Assembly: GCA_028534125.1 (NCBI GenBank)
Contig: CM052816.1
Location: forward strand, 59,646,001 to 59,710,000
Reading direction: 5' to 3'
From: Lama glama
Lineage: Eukaryota
Length of the DNA: 64,000 bases
The position numbers and the translations under genes are program-made. Under the pieces are notes generated by a model. It had not been told where the DNA came from. It did not search any database and saw nothing but the letters and a program-made list of their open reading frames with translations. This document shows, in pieces, positions 27,212-39,156 of the stretch (the stretch's first letter is position 1; each line of letters starts with the position of its first letter).

Positions 27212-27589
27212 CTCTGAAACAGTGACATTGGCAGGTACACCACCGAAGGATAATGTGTATCTGTAATGCAATTCTACCAGTAAGAGCCACTTGCTGCTGC
27301 TGCACTTTACCGGCAATTGCAGGGGAAGCCAGTTGTCATTCTGCTGCTAGCTATCCATGACACACTACTGTGTCCCGACAAAGAGGGTGAGAACTTTGTT
27401 TTAGGGGACTTTGTCTTGGCTTCTTGGTCACATGTCAACAAGCTTGCTAGTTCCATCTTTTACGACTAGCTAACTTCCTTCTTTGATTATATAGACATTG
27501 CTCAGTCATGCACACAGGCTTACTGTATATACTAAAACTGATAACTGTATCTATCTGAGAGGCATGCTAATTTTTTTTTAAGGATAACC

Positions 27590-27800
27590 ATAGCTAATGC
27601 TTACCTTGCACTGCACTTTGTGCCAGGCACTAGGTTACAGTCCTACAACCATCCCAATGAGGTAAATACTGTCCGTGTTTCACAGATGAGGAAACTGAGG
27701 CTCGGAGAGACTAGGTAGCTATCCCCATCACAGATGCTTAACTGATGAAGCCAGGTTTCAAACGCAAGCTGTCATGCTCCAGAATCCACACTTCTCTAAA
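27590..27800 (-). mobile_element. MIR
   Basis: TGTGCCAGGCACT...TTTCACAGATGAGGAAACTGAGGCTCGGAGAG. Confidence 0.85.
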
Positions 27801-29721
27801 TGCGCTGGCTTAGCTTCCTCTGCCGAAGGCCGCATCTCCCTGGTCTGCTTTCCTTCTGGCATCTTAATCTTCTTTGTCTTTTTGATTCTCCTCTCAACAT
27901 GATGTTCCCAAGCTTTTGTGGGGCAGGGGTGGAGGTGGGGAGGGAAGGAAAGACTTCTAGCATGCTGAGCGGTCTGTCCCCTCAGAAACAACAAACCCTT
28001 TCTCTGTACTCCCCCTTCCCGACTCCCCGCCCCATAGAAATGGCCCTCTCTGTCCACAGCTGTAGAGCAAAAGGAAAGTGGTCCTGCTTCGTATTCAAAC
28101 AGGATGGCACATGTTCAAACTGCTGTCCTGGGACAGAAGGCCTTTTCAGCACTTGAAAATGTTTTAACTGTTTCCTGCCCCACCATTTGTGGGTTATATT
28201 AACATCATGGAAAGTTGTGAATTAGACATCCATTTATTTATTCTTCCCCATTAAGATTTCTAGAATGTGGTCTTTAGGCCCACCATCACTTATTCTTTCC
28301 TAGACACTTTTGATCACTTCTGTCCTTGTATCTTTCAGAAACAGTTTTCCACCAGAATTACCAAAGGATCCTTCATCACATCTTGGGGATTGGGTTTTCC
28401 AAGGATAGCATAACCTGGGATGAACTAAGACCTCAAACTCCATGATCCCTCTGGCATCTAATAAAAAGATCCCTCCTAGGGTAGTTGTAGAAATTAAGTG
28501 AGTTAACTATTCAAATGACTCAGAATAGTGCATGGCATGAACTATATTTCCAGTTCTAATATTAACTTTTATTTCATATTTAAACATCTGTGAAAGTTGC
28601 ATGTCTTAGAAATGATGATTGACATTAAAATTATAATTGACATTTTTGGGTTTATCTTTCAATCTTAAACTCGATAAAGTGTTAGTAAATTCTCAATAAA
28701 TGTTATTCCTCCTCCTTCTTCTCTTCCTCCTACTCCTACTTTATATCCCAAGAGTGCCAGTCCTCAGCTGACATCTAAGGATGAGAAATACACAGATAGT
28801 CCTTTCCCCAGGCTGCATGGCCAAGTTATTACTTTTCCCCAAAAGCTAGAAGAATAATATTCACTGGCCATTTTATCACCCATGAAAGAGAAGGTAATTC
28901 TCATCCACATGCCTGTACAATAGATTCTGGGAGTCTTCCATGTGCCATAAACTCTATTCTACACCAATGGTACACTGAGCGATCAAGCAGCATCCAGAGC
29001 AAGAAGACACCACAAAAAAAACAAAGGAGAACTGGTGACTGTACACCACACGCCCCCAGGACTGTTATCAACACCATGCCTACCTCAGAGCAGGACTTGA
29101 AAATTCCTTTGCAACCTTAAAAAGCAAATCCAACTCCACAATGATAAAGATTTTTTTAGGGAAAATAACAAGATGGTCACTTTTATACTACATGGCAAAA
29201 CTCAACAAGAATCCTGACTAGACTTCCTTAACTTCCTCAAAGTACAGCTTCAGTTTCCTCACAGCCCTGTTTTTGTTACTCTCTCTAACTCCTCTGGCTC
29301 CAGTCTACTCCCCTCTCTAGGATGGATGGATAACCCCCCCCATTATATTTCCATGCCCACACATGTATGCACAAATACACACACACATACACACCCCAGA
29401 TCTTTCCATTTTCTTGTACGAAAACCTTTAGCTTTTTTTTCAGTTTCTCCAAATTATTTGCATTAGCACATCCATCAACTCTCTCTTAACATTCACCTTC
29501 TTCAATGCATCCGAGGTTTCTAAATAATTACTTTTCACCTGTCATAAATGTGTGTTTGTATGTGTGTGTGTGTGGTAGAGACAGAGAGAGGGAATAGGTA
29601 AACACAAGAAAATGTAAGTGCCAATCTGATAAGCAGGTCCAGGAAAACAAGAGCACAAAAGCAAGTAAGAGCCACCCTCGCCCTGCCAGACCAAGGATCA
29701 AGGCATACCCATGGTTCCCTA

Positions 29722-29896
29722 CGTTTGGGGGTATCTGGAGACATTTTGGTCGTCACAATCAGAGCAAAAGTGTGGTGTGAAAGTAACATCTAGTGAAGAG
29801 ACCAGGGGTGCTGCTAAACATCCTGCCATGCACAGGACAGACTCCACGACAAAGGATTTTCTGGCCCCAGAGGTCAACAGAAGGTGAGAAATCCTG
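29722..29896 (+). mobile_element. MER20 (hAT-Charlie) fragment
   Basis: TCTGGAGACATTTTGGTCGTCACAA...CCAGGGGTGCTGCTAAACATCCTGCCATGCACAGGACAG...GAGAAATCCTG. Confidence 0.85.
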
Positions 29897-30059
29897 TTAC
29901 ACATTTGAGAAGAAGTAAGAGGTGACTGAAGTTTTGAAGAATAAGCAGAAATTTCCAAGCAAATGAGTGGAGAGAAGAAGAAAAGTGCCAGCAGAAAAAC
30001 CTGTGCGACAGAATTTTAGAAGATCACTTTGACACAAGTTTGAGAACTATTTCAAACAT

Positions 30060-31650
30060 TAAGAGGAAGTTCATCTCTATTTAGGATGTGCAAAGTTACA
30101 AGAAAATGTTACTCCCACTAAAAAGCCAGACAATTTACAAAATCATTGTTATTTAAAGCCTGCCAGAGAGCTGAGAATGCAAAGTGACCTGATAAACTAT
30201 AATCTAAAAGTGGACAAATTCATCCTAAGAGAGATGGAAATCATGGCTATTTTCATCTTTGGTACAACAGAGAGGGGGAGAAAAGAGTCTCATCTTACAG
30301 ATGTGGGTAAGAATTAAACAGCTGAACTTCTAATGAAGTTTTGGAGGCTTTATGTGGGCTGAGTATGAGAGCTCAGATCACCTGAGAATGTTTTGTTTGT
30401 TGAGTACTTTCTTATTCCCTTACACCACGGGTTACTCCAGGCTCATCTTATAGATTCCCAGGCTCAGCCATTTCTCCAAGGATTCCTGTTTCCTTTTACT
30501 GAAAAAGAGTTTAAGAAATCAAGATCTGAATGCTGAGTACTTCTAATCATTTTCACATTGTCATTATATTTTCCTTTAATTCTTTGATTGTATTTGTAAA
30601 AGATATTATATATAAATAGTTTTTTGATATCTTTGCTAATGCCAACATTTGGCTACTTTTTTTCTGAGTAAGGGTTACACTCTTCTGTTTGCTTGAATGT
30701 CTGTTTTTTTAATTGTTGAAACCTAGATATTTTAGATAAAATACTGTAGCAAATCTGGTTTCTGATTTACGTGAATTTTTAAAAATTCTCTTGGATTTAA
30801 TTTGTGAAATTTTTCTCTCCAATGGTGTACAGCCACTGATATCTCTGCTCAGATGTTTTACTCTTATTTTTATTGTTTTGCTTGCCTTGTTAGAGTTGGT
30901 CCTGAGTCTGCATGGTGTCTCTTTTGCCTTCTGGGCAGCCAGTGATGGGGCAGCCAGTGATGGGACAGATGTTGTGCTTAGATGTTCCACCCTAAGGCAC
31001 CTGCCCTTTCCTGGTGGACCTGTGTGTGAGTTGAGAAGTTCATTCAAAGTTCAGGCTTTGTGAAGTCTGCCTCAGCTTCTACCTTGTCAGGACCTCTCAG
31101 GTCTTCCCTGCACATGCTGGTAATTAGAAATGTGGTAAGATGGGATGTAAGAAGAGCTTAGACATCTCTTCTGTGACTTTCACTAAACTCTCTTCCTTAA
31201 ACTTATGGCTGGTCTACCAATCTCACGGAAACTGCAACTTCAGGCTAGCACAACTCTTTTATGGTCTACCAAGTTTATTACTTTCATTGACAACACTGTT
31301 AGCTATGAATTTTCTTTATCTGCTCCAAATTATGTCAGCCAATTAAGGCTGCTGGTTTTCACGGCTAGCCCCACCCTGATAATACTCTAGCACCAAGTGA
31401 GCTGGAGCCAGGAAGTAGATGGGGGCAAATCCAGGCAAGATGACTGAAGAGTCCCACTGTTCTCAACTAAAGCTCCAGCAGCTTTTCATAAAAAAACTCT
31501 TTTCAGTGTGTCATTTGCTTTTGCTTTGGTCAATTCCCAGATCACTGAAATGGCTGCATTTTTGACAACTTTGTCTAATTTTATGACTTTTATGGGGGAA
31601 GAATATAAGCCTACCTCTTCACTCCACTACAGTCAGATGTCTGACTCCTC
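30060..31650. mobile_element. Old L1M 5'-region fragments in mixed orientation
   Basis: AAAAGCCAGACAATTTACAAAATCA (sense-like) followed by antisense-like TTGCTTTGGTCAATTCCCAGATCACTGAAATGG...TTTTGACAACTTTGTC. Confidence 0.6.
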
Positions 31651-33153
31651 TGGTTTCCCAGTAATTTTTTTTTTTTAAGAAAACAATTATAGTCTCATTT
31701 AGCAGAGGAGCTCTGTAAGATACGGACTCAGTAAATGTACCGTCCTATTAACACTAGACACAGGTGACCTGATTATCTGGTATTTTACAGTGCGACTACT
31801 TTTACATGGGAAATGTAGGAAAAGAGGTACTGGTTGTGAGAGATGTCTTCTAAAATTTTTTTCGTAGTCTCAATCTAGTGAGTAATTTCCCGGTCGTATC
31901 CCAGATAAACATATAACAAGAAAAACCGATTCACTTCCCCTGGTTCACTAACAGTCTCTAAGCCCCCAACTAATTACTCCTTTTCATAGTTGTGGAAAAG
32001 GGTAGCCTCAGTGGGTCTTTTATCTGGGTCAAAGAAAAGCCACAGAATGGATAGTAAGATCTTGTCCTCTAATGCGGGAATCTAGTGGTTCCAAGAGCTT
32101 TGCATTTCATAAACACTTGTTTTGGTTTTGTTTTAGAAAGTCGGGACAATTTCTACTTTTCCAAATAAAAACATTTTAAAAGACAAACATTCTGGCCATC
32201 AACCATCATTACTATTACATAATAAAGACATTCTATCACCACCAAAATAGGAAGACTGGATGGCTAATAAGGCTTATAATTTTAAATCATTTTTCTATAA
32301 GATAGGGTTTTTGGCTGCAAAACATTTCTAGGAGGGACATAAAAGCATGTATGTGTGTTATGTAACCAGGGACAATGTCCAAATATACTTCTAGGTGACT
32401 CCATCGGAGCCCATCCTGCCTTTGAAGTTGGCAGAGGTACTGCAGTCCACATTGCAGACACTAGACTGGGATGCTACAAGCAGGCCATAGCCACAGACCC
32501 CTTTAACACAGAATTTTGCCAGCTACACTTCTGTCTTACCTAAGGTCCCTACAAGACAGAACCTAAGGAAAAGCTTACATTGTAATGCTTTGGGGATTGG
32601 TACAATCCTGGAAAGCAAGACTAGAAAAGAGAAACAGGAAAGTAGTGCATTATTGAGCTGGCTAAAACTTTACACAAAAAACTCAGTGTTTATTTAGATA
32701 TGTGGGATGTCACTGTATCTTGCAGAATTCCTTGGCGACAGGGAATATGGGTGATTTGTCTGCTTCTCTGGTGAAAGCTATTCCATGAGACACTGAGGTT
32801 GTACCCCCTGGACCTTCTAGGCAACCACTGGAGAAGCCAGAGTTTACATGAGTCTGGTAGATTTGGACCTGAGTCCTGGAGCTGCTGAAGCATACACCAA
32901 GGTGGGAGAAAAGATGGCCATACCAGAGCCGAGTATGCACCGCCAGGGAAGGCAGAGATAACAAGGAGCGCTAATAGATGAGCAGGAACAACATGAGCCA
33001 TCACCGGGGCTGCTCTAACCAGGAAATAAGCAAGAAGCTGAATCCTGGAGTAGGCATATGCTTTCCAATGGCAATTCTCCAATCCTACCTGGTCTGATGT
33101 TAATGACCTGAAGTTATTAGCACAAATTCCACAAGCTAAGGGCAAACTTAGCT

Positions 33154-33917
33154 TGTTTGTTAGTGTCAATTCTAACACCAGCTACCAAGATTTAGTATCA
33201 GATCCCGCAGGTTAAAATACTCAGTTCTACAAGACTCTCCTCACCTCAACCATCAGCTCAAAGTCCTGGGGTCCACCCACATTTCTGACAGTTGACTATA
33301 AATTAGGTGTTTCCATGACCCCCCTGCCAGGTCTGGTAACTCTCTAAAAAGACTCACAGAACTCAGTGAATGTGCTGTACTTATAATTACAGGTTTATTA
33401 TAAAGGACACAACTCAGGATCAGCCAAATGTTAGAGACACAGCCCAAGGTCAGGGCAGGGTCGGGGGGGGGGAGTTTTGTCCCTGTGGCATCAGAGTGGG
33501 CCACTCTCCTGGTATGTTAATATATTCATCATCCAGGAAGCTCTGTGAGCCTCATTGTTCAGAGTCTTTTAATCTAGTTTTCATTATGTAGGCATAAGTG
33601 ATCAAATTACTGGCCATGTGACTGAACTCAATCTCCAGCCACCCTTCCTTCTCTGGGGGTCAGGGAATAGGGCTGAAATTCCAACTTTCATAGTATGTTG
33701 TTAGTTTTTCTGGCAAATGGACCCCATCCTGAAGACATCCAGGGGCCTTGTTAACACAAACTCAGACGTGGCCCAAAGGGGCTTCCTGTGAGTAACGAAG
33801 ACCTTCCTATCACTCAGGAAGGCTCTGGAAGCTCTATGCCAAAGGAAGCTGAACCCCTGGAGTAGGTATGTGTCTACTGGGGACAAAGACTAAACAGACA
33901 ATTTTGATTATACTGCA
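33154..33917 (-). mobile_element. MER21-family LTR
   Basis: CAATTCTAACAC...CAGATCCCGCAGGTTAA...GACTCACAGAACTCAG...GTTTATTATAAAGGACACAACTCAGG...GGGGACAAAGAC; antisense poly(A) signal TTTATT near 33394. Confidence 0.85.
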
Positions 33918-34504
33918 GCATGATTGAGTACATCTGGGGAGAGGATATTAACTGGGCCCAGTACAACTGCCAAGTGGCTTTCTGTGGCTCTTGCTTCATG
34001 TTACTGGCTTTCCAATAGAAATTTTAAAGTGCTTGACTGGTAAGTCCAAGGGCTTACGATTGCCTCTAGGCATATAAGCACAAGTACTCAAAAGCCAAGA
34101 AATTTCCCCAAACTTGGGGCATGTTCAGATGTGTCACTTGTCCACTGCAGTGTGGACCCCTGAATTTTTATTATAGAGTGACCCCAATACTGCTTCTTGG
34201 GAAAAGGTCATTAGACTATGGAATTTTATTTTGTGAAGTGCTTTACTGGCCCTGTTATAAATGGGACACCGGTTTTTCTTTGTGACTTTCTAACTGCATT
34301 CAAGTCTTCAGGCAGAACTGCAATGTAGTTGACTTTTCTTTAGACTCATGTTCAAATTTAAATCATTTAAAGCAAAAAGCAGTAATAATATCAATCTGTT
34401 TGGTCTAAGTGTAGATGAACAGTCTCTGCAGTCAATGAAAGGAAGTACAAGCTACAAAAAAGTTCTACCTAACTATTAAGTCCAATTTCACTGGTGATTC
34501 AGTC

Positions 34505-34695
34505 TGTATCTAATAAGATGTTAATAACTCTCTTTTATGTTAATACCAAATTTCACAGCAATTCTGGGAGATAAGAACTTTTATTCCCATTTTACAGATG
34601 GAAGAACTAAAACCCTGAGATTAAAAAGTTGATCACACACTCTATGGAAGAAAGATTCAAACCCAGGACAGGTGACTTCAAGGCTGGTGCTTTTA
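34505..34695 (-). mobile_element. MIR
   Basis: TTATTCCCATTTTACAGATGGAAGAACT...GATTCAAACCCAGG. Confidence 0.75.
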
Positions 34696-36104
34696 AAAAT
34701 CTCTCTCGGTTGCTTTTTTGAAATGTAAAGTAGCCTTTAGATACTCTAGGAATCTAGATCAAGTTTTGTTGCAGCTCTGTCTTTCTTTTAACAGCTTTAT
34801 AGAATCAATTAAGTACTGTCAAGAAGGAAATAATCCTCTCAAATGCTCTTCCAGGAAGCTACAGAAGAATTTCTTTTTCTAGTTTGGAACAGAGCTGTCT
34901 CACACATCACTTTCCTTCCCACCTGAGCCTGACACACTGTTGTCCTTCTTGTTCTCATCAACATTAATAACAGAAACATTTACTAACCTCAGCCATATTC
35001 TAGGCTTTGTGCCAAATAGTTCTCATTGAATCTTTCTTTTCTTGTTCATTTTGGCCCTTGGTCGCCAATGATAATGTGGGGTAAGTTTGAACTATTTGGG
35101 ATGTGTATGCTTTATCTCATCAATAAGATGGCATGGCCCCTGAGTGAGGGGACATATCCTGCTGTCACTATAATGTTAACCAATAGCTTGCAATGAACTG
35201 ATACTTTTAGTTTTAGTATTTTTGAATGGAGATTCAGATAATGAATGACAAAAAGCCCTGGCCTCATGTAGGAATCATCTGTTTGTTCCCTTTCCTGTGC
35301 AACCTCTCAAGTGGAAGACTGAGTCACTTGTATCAATGCAAAGAACTGGGGGGATCACTGGTAAAACAAAGGGTGCAAAGAGGGCCACAAGTAAACACTT
35401 TTGACCTAGAATCAGTAAGCATCTTGGGGTTGCAGTAATAGGAGGATGGTTTGGAACTGGTAACACATTTTTTTCAGCATAACTGACCCTCTTTGCAGGG
35501 GACAGAGGGAGGATCATTGTGATTAATATGTCCTTTCTATGAAAACAAATAAATGTAAAGAAATTACAGTCACAGAACCTTAGTCTGCTGGTGGCTGCAT
35601 CCATATAGAACAGAGGATAGGTCTGAGTCCTGGGAGTTGTCAGGGATTAGTTGCTTTTGGCTTCTTTCTGACCTTCTCTAGCCACATTGTTGGTCTTACC
35701 CATTTTGATTCATGACCATGCACATTACCTAAAATCAATCTCTCACTTTTGCAAGGATCTCATCCCCTAAAATGTGTCATCTTGAAAGTAAGAGTTGCTC
35801 CCAGGGTAATGTTAATTGGTGGTATCTTGCTTAGAATTGTCTAGCTCTAATGTGAAAGTAGGGAAAATAGTATGGAGCAGAAGCCAGGGCTACCATTCAT
35901 CAGGGCCAAGGCTTTTACACTCAACACACAGGGAGATACCTGGTAAGGGAGAAGACAGTGTCAGCTTCTCCATGGAAACAGATCTCAGGTCCACTTGGCC
36001 TGCATATCACCTTTAAGAGCAAGGAGGTCAACAAAGCGAGACCAATGATTTTCATCAGTAAATGTGAGGATTCAAAACATCTGTTCGAAGGGTTAAGACA
36101 ACTC

Positions 36105-37357
36105 AAGGAGGAAAGAATAGTTTTTAAAACAAATGGTCCTGTGACAACTAGAAGTCTACATGCAAAAGAATGAAGCTAGACTCCTCCTTAGGAGAAACAT
36201 AGTAAAAATATAGGAGCAAATCTTACGACCTTAAGTTAGACAAAGCTTTCTTAGATACGACACTAAAAGCACAAGAAACAAAAGAAAAAGATAAACTATA
36301 CTCCCTCAAAATTAAAAAAAAAAAGTAAAAAGACTTGTGTTCCAAAGGACACCATAAAGAAAGTGAAAAAATTGCCGAGAAAATGGGAGAAAATATTTGA
36401 AAATCACATATGTGATAAGAGAACTATATCTATACTATATAAATAACTTTTATAACTTAACAATAAAAATACAAACAAGTCAATTTTAAAATGAGTAAAG
36501 GATCTGAATGAATGTTTCTCCAAAGAAGATATAAAAACTGGCCAATAAGCACATGAAAAAATGCTCATTATTGACCATTAGTGAAATAAAAGGCAAAACC
36601 ACAATACCACTTTAAAGAGATACTACTTTACACCTACTGAGATGGCTAGAATCAAAAGATAGGTAATAATAGAAATCAGATAGGTTGTCAGTGAGGATGT
36701 GGAGAAATTGGAACCCTCAAACACTGCTGACAGAAATGTAAAATGTATAGCTGCTAGCTGCTTTGAAAAACGTTACGGTAATTTTCCAAACATAGAATTA
36801 CCTTATAACCCAATAATTTCTCCTGGGTATATGCCTAAGAGAAATGAAAGCATGACCATACAAAAACGTGTACACAAATGGTTCATAGCAACATTGTTCA
36901 TAATAGGCAAAAAGTGGAAAAAATACAAAGGTCCATCAATTAATGAATGGATAAATAAAACATCATACATTCATACAATAATAAAAAAGAATGAAGTTCT
37001 GCTATATGCTACAATGGGGATGAGTCTTGAAAATACTATGCTAAGTGAAAGAAACCAGTCAAAAAAAAAGACAACATACTGTATGACTATTTATTTTATT
37101 TGAAATGTCCAGAACAGCCAAATTTATAGAGACAGAAAATTGATTAGTATTTGCCTAGGGCTGGGGGCAAGGAGAAGGGTAGAGAGATCATGGGGGGTGA
37201 CTGCTAATGGATATGGGCTTCTGGGGAAGGTGTGATGAAATGTTCTAAAATTAGATGATGGTGATGACTAAATGTGGTAAGGCTTGCAAAAGTCTGAATA
37301 TATTAAATTAAAGCAGTCAACTATGGTATGCAAATTGTATCTCAATAAAGCTGTTAC
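36105..37357 (+). mobile_element. L1M (L1MB/MC-type) ORF2 3' remnant and 3' UTR
   Basis: ORF 36699-37103 (EKLEPSNTADRNVK...IELPYNP...FIATLFIIGKKWK...PSINEWINK) is a decayed ORF2p C-terminus; ends TATCTCAATAAAGCTGTT. Confidence 0.92.
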
Positions 37358-37789
37358 ATCTCTTTGTACTCACTAGAATAATTCATAGTAAAAACGAAAT
37401 AATCAGTCTAAACAGGAAATTTTATTCATTTGTTTTTAAAAGATCATTTGATAAAATTTTTAACCTAATTAAATAATAATAACCTACATAAATAATGTTT
37501 CAAATAATAGCTAGACTGAAAAGTCAGCAAGACATAATACTTTTTATATAATTAATTGTATTTTTATATTTTAACATCCACTTTAGCAAATATTTAATTA
37601 TTTATTCATTTATTATTACATATTTATTTCATATTAAAATATTATTGCTTAAATGTAATAAGTGTATCATTAAAATATATACTGTATTTTAATATATATT
37701 ATAAAATATATATTTGTATAAGTATTTATATATTTTTAAATGTATTACTGATACTACATTGTCTCATGGATTATATCTATATCTATACT

Positions 37790-38460
37790 GACAGAATTAT
37801 TGCATAAATAGGAAAAATACAAAAATCTCCCATACAGAAGAATTTCAAATAACTCTTGTAGATAGTCTCACCTCAAGGAGGTAGAGGATAACCTCCTACA
37901 CTTCAAGTGTGGGATGTGCGTAGTTAGTTACTTCTGAGAAGTACAGTGTGAAAAGTCGGAAAACAGTAACTTCTCAGTAGAGAAAGCACACATACTTCCA
38001 AAGTGAGGTAATCAAGGATAGTACCATCAGTGATACGTCATATTAACACTGCGCACCTTTGATGTGATGGGATAATGGCATAATTTTAGTCTAACCATGA
38101 GAAAAACATCAAATTCAAATTGAAGGACAACTTATAAAATACTAAGCAGTACTCCTCAAAACTGTCAGTCATCAAAAACACAAAAAGGCTGAGAACTTGA
38201 CATAGTCTAGCAGAGTCTAAGGAAACAAGAACATGATATAATGTGATATCCTGAATGAGATCCTGAAACAACAGAAGGACATCAGGTAAAAAGCTAAGAA
38301 AATCTGAATAAAGTATGGACTTTAGTTAGTAATAATAAGATATCAATATTGTTTCATTAGTTGTGACAAATATGTTAACAAGAGGGGAAACTGGGTATGG
38401 GGTATATGTGAAGTCTCCATACCCTCCCTGCTACTTTTCTGTAAATCTGAAACTGTTAAT
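37790..38460 (+). mobile_element. L1MC/L1MD 3' UTR fragment
   Basis: CTAACCATGAGAAAAACATC...AGTACTCCTCAAAACTGTCA...AAATCTGAATAAAGTATGGACTTTAGTT...TTTTCTGTAAATCTGAAACTG. Confidence 0.8.
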
Positions 38461-38550
38461 AGATTATTTAAAAAACAAGTGATCTTAATAGAGATATAGA
38501 AACTGCAAAAAATAAAAATTCTAGAGTTGAAAAGTATAATAAATTAAAAT

Positions 38551-38917
38551 GTATTAGGGAAACCCAGCAAAATGGGTAGTATAATTCCAGTCTGAGTCTG
38601 AAGAGCTGAAAACAGGGGGAGCTGGTGATATAAATCCCAGTCCAAGAGCAGAAGACCAATGTCCGAGCTCAACCAAGCAGGCAGTAAGGGGTAAACCCTC
38701 CCTTTCTCCACTTTTTCGTTTTTTTTTCAGGCCCCAATGCACTGAGTGATGCCACCACACTGGGGAGGGCAGTGTGTTCCCCTGTCTACCATTTCAGTAC
38801 TCATGTCTTCCAGAAACACCCAGAATAATGCTCGGAGGCACACCCAGAAATAATGCCTAACCAGACATCTGGGCATCCTGAGACCCAGTCAAGCTGATAC
38901 ATAAAATGAAGCATCAC
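38551..38917 (-). mobile_element. MLT2 (ERVL) LTR
   Basis: TCCAGTCTGAGTCTGAAG...CACACTGGGGAGGGCA...CACACCCAGAAATAATG...CCCAGTCAAGCTGATACATAAAATGAAGCATCAC. Confidence 0.88.
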
Positions 38918-39096
38918 CTCTGTCCTGTGTCTTGCCTGCTTTTGTTACAGAAAACATTACTTGCAACAGTGACTTTCCACGTCTCTTAAGATCTGTTATA
39001 CATTCCTTTCTGCTGGCTTTGTGACAACTGCCCCCATTATCAGTTTGGCCATTTTCTAGTCAGTGTTCTCATTTGTAAAGTGATGGATATATATAT

Positions 39097-39156
39097 ATGT
39101 GTGTGTGTGTATGTGGGTGTGTATACACATACACACCCACATACACACACACACAT
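39097..39156. repeat. Perfect 28-bp inverted repeat with a 4-nt spacer, made of GT/AC microsatellite
   Basis: 39097-39124 ATGTGTGTGTGTGTATGTGGGTGTGTAT is the exact reverse complement of 39129-39156. Confidence 0.95.

Noticed and set aside
32690..33178. Longest ORF in the track (162 aa, minus strand)
   Set aside because: No recognisable domain; overlaps repeat-derived sequence; length is compatible with chance in 64 kb.
36699..37103. 134-aa ORF
   Set aside because: Decayed L1 ORF2 remnant.
37380..37790. Very AT-rich tract as a possible matrix attachment region
   Set aside because: Low-complexity sequence between L1 fragments; no specific evidence of function.
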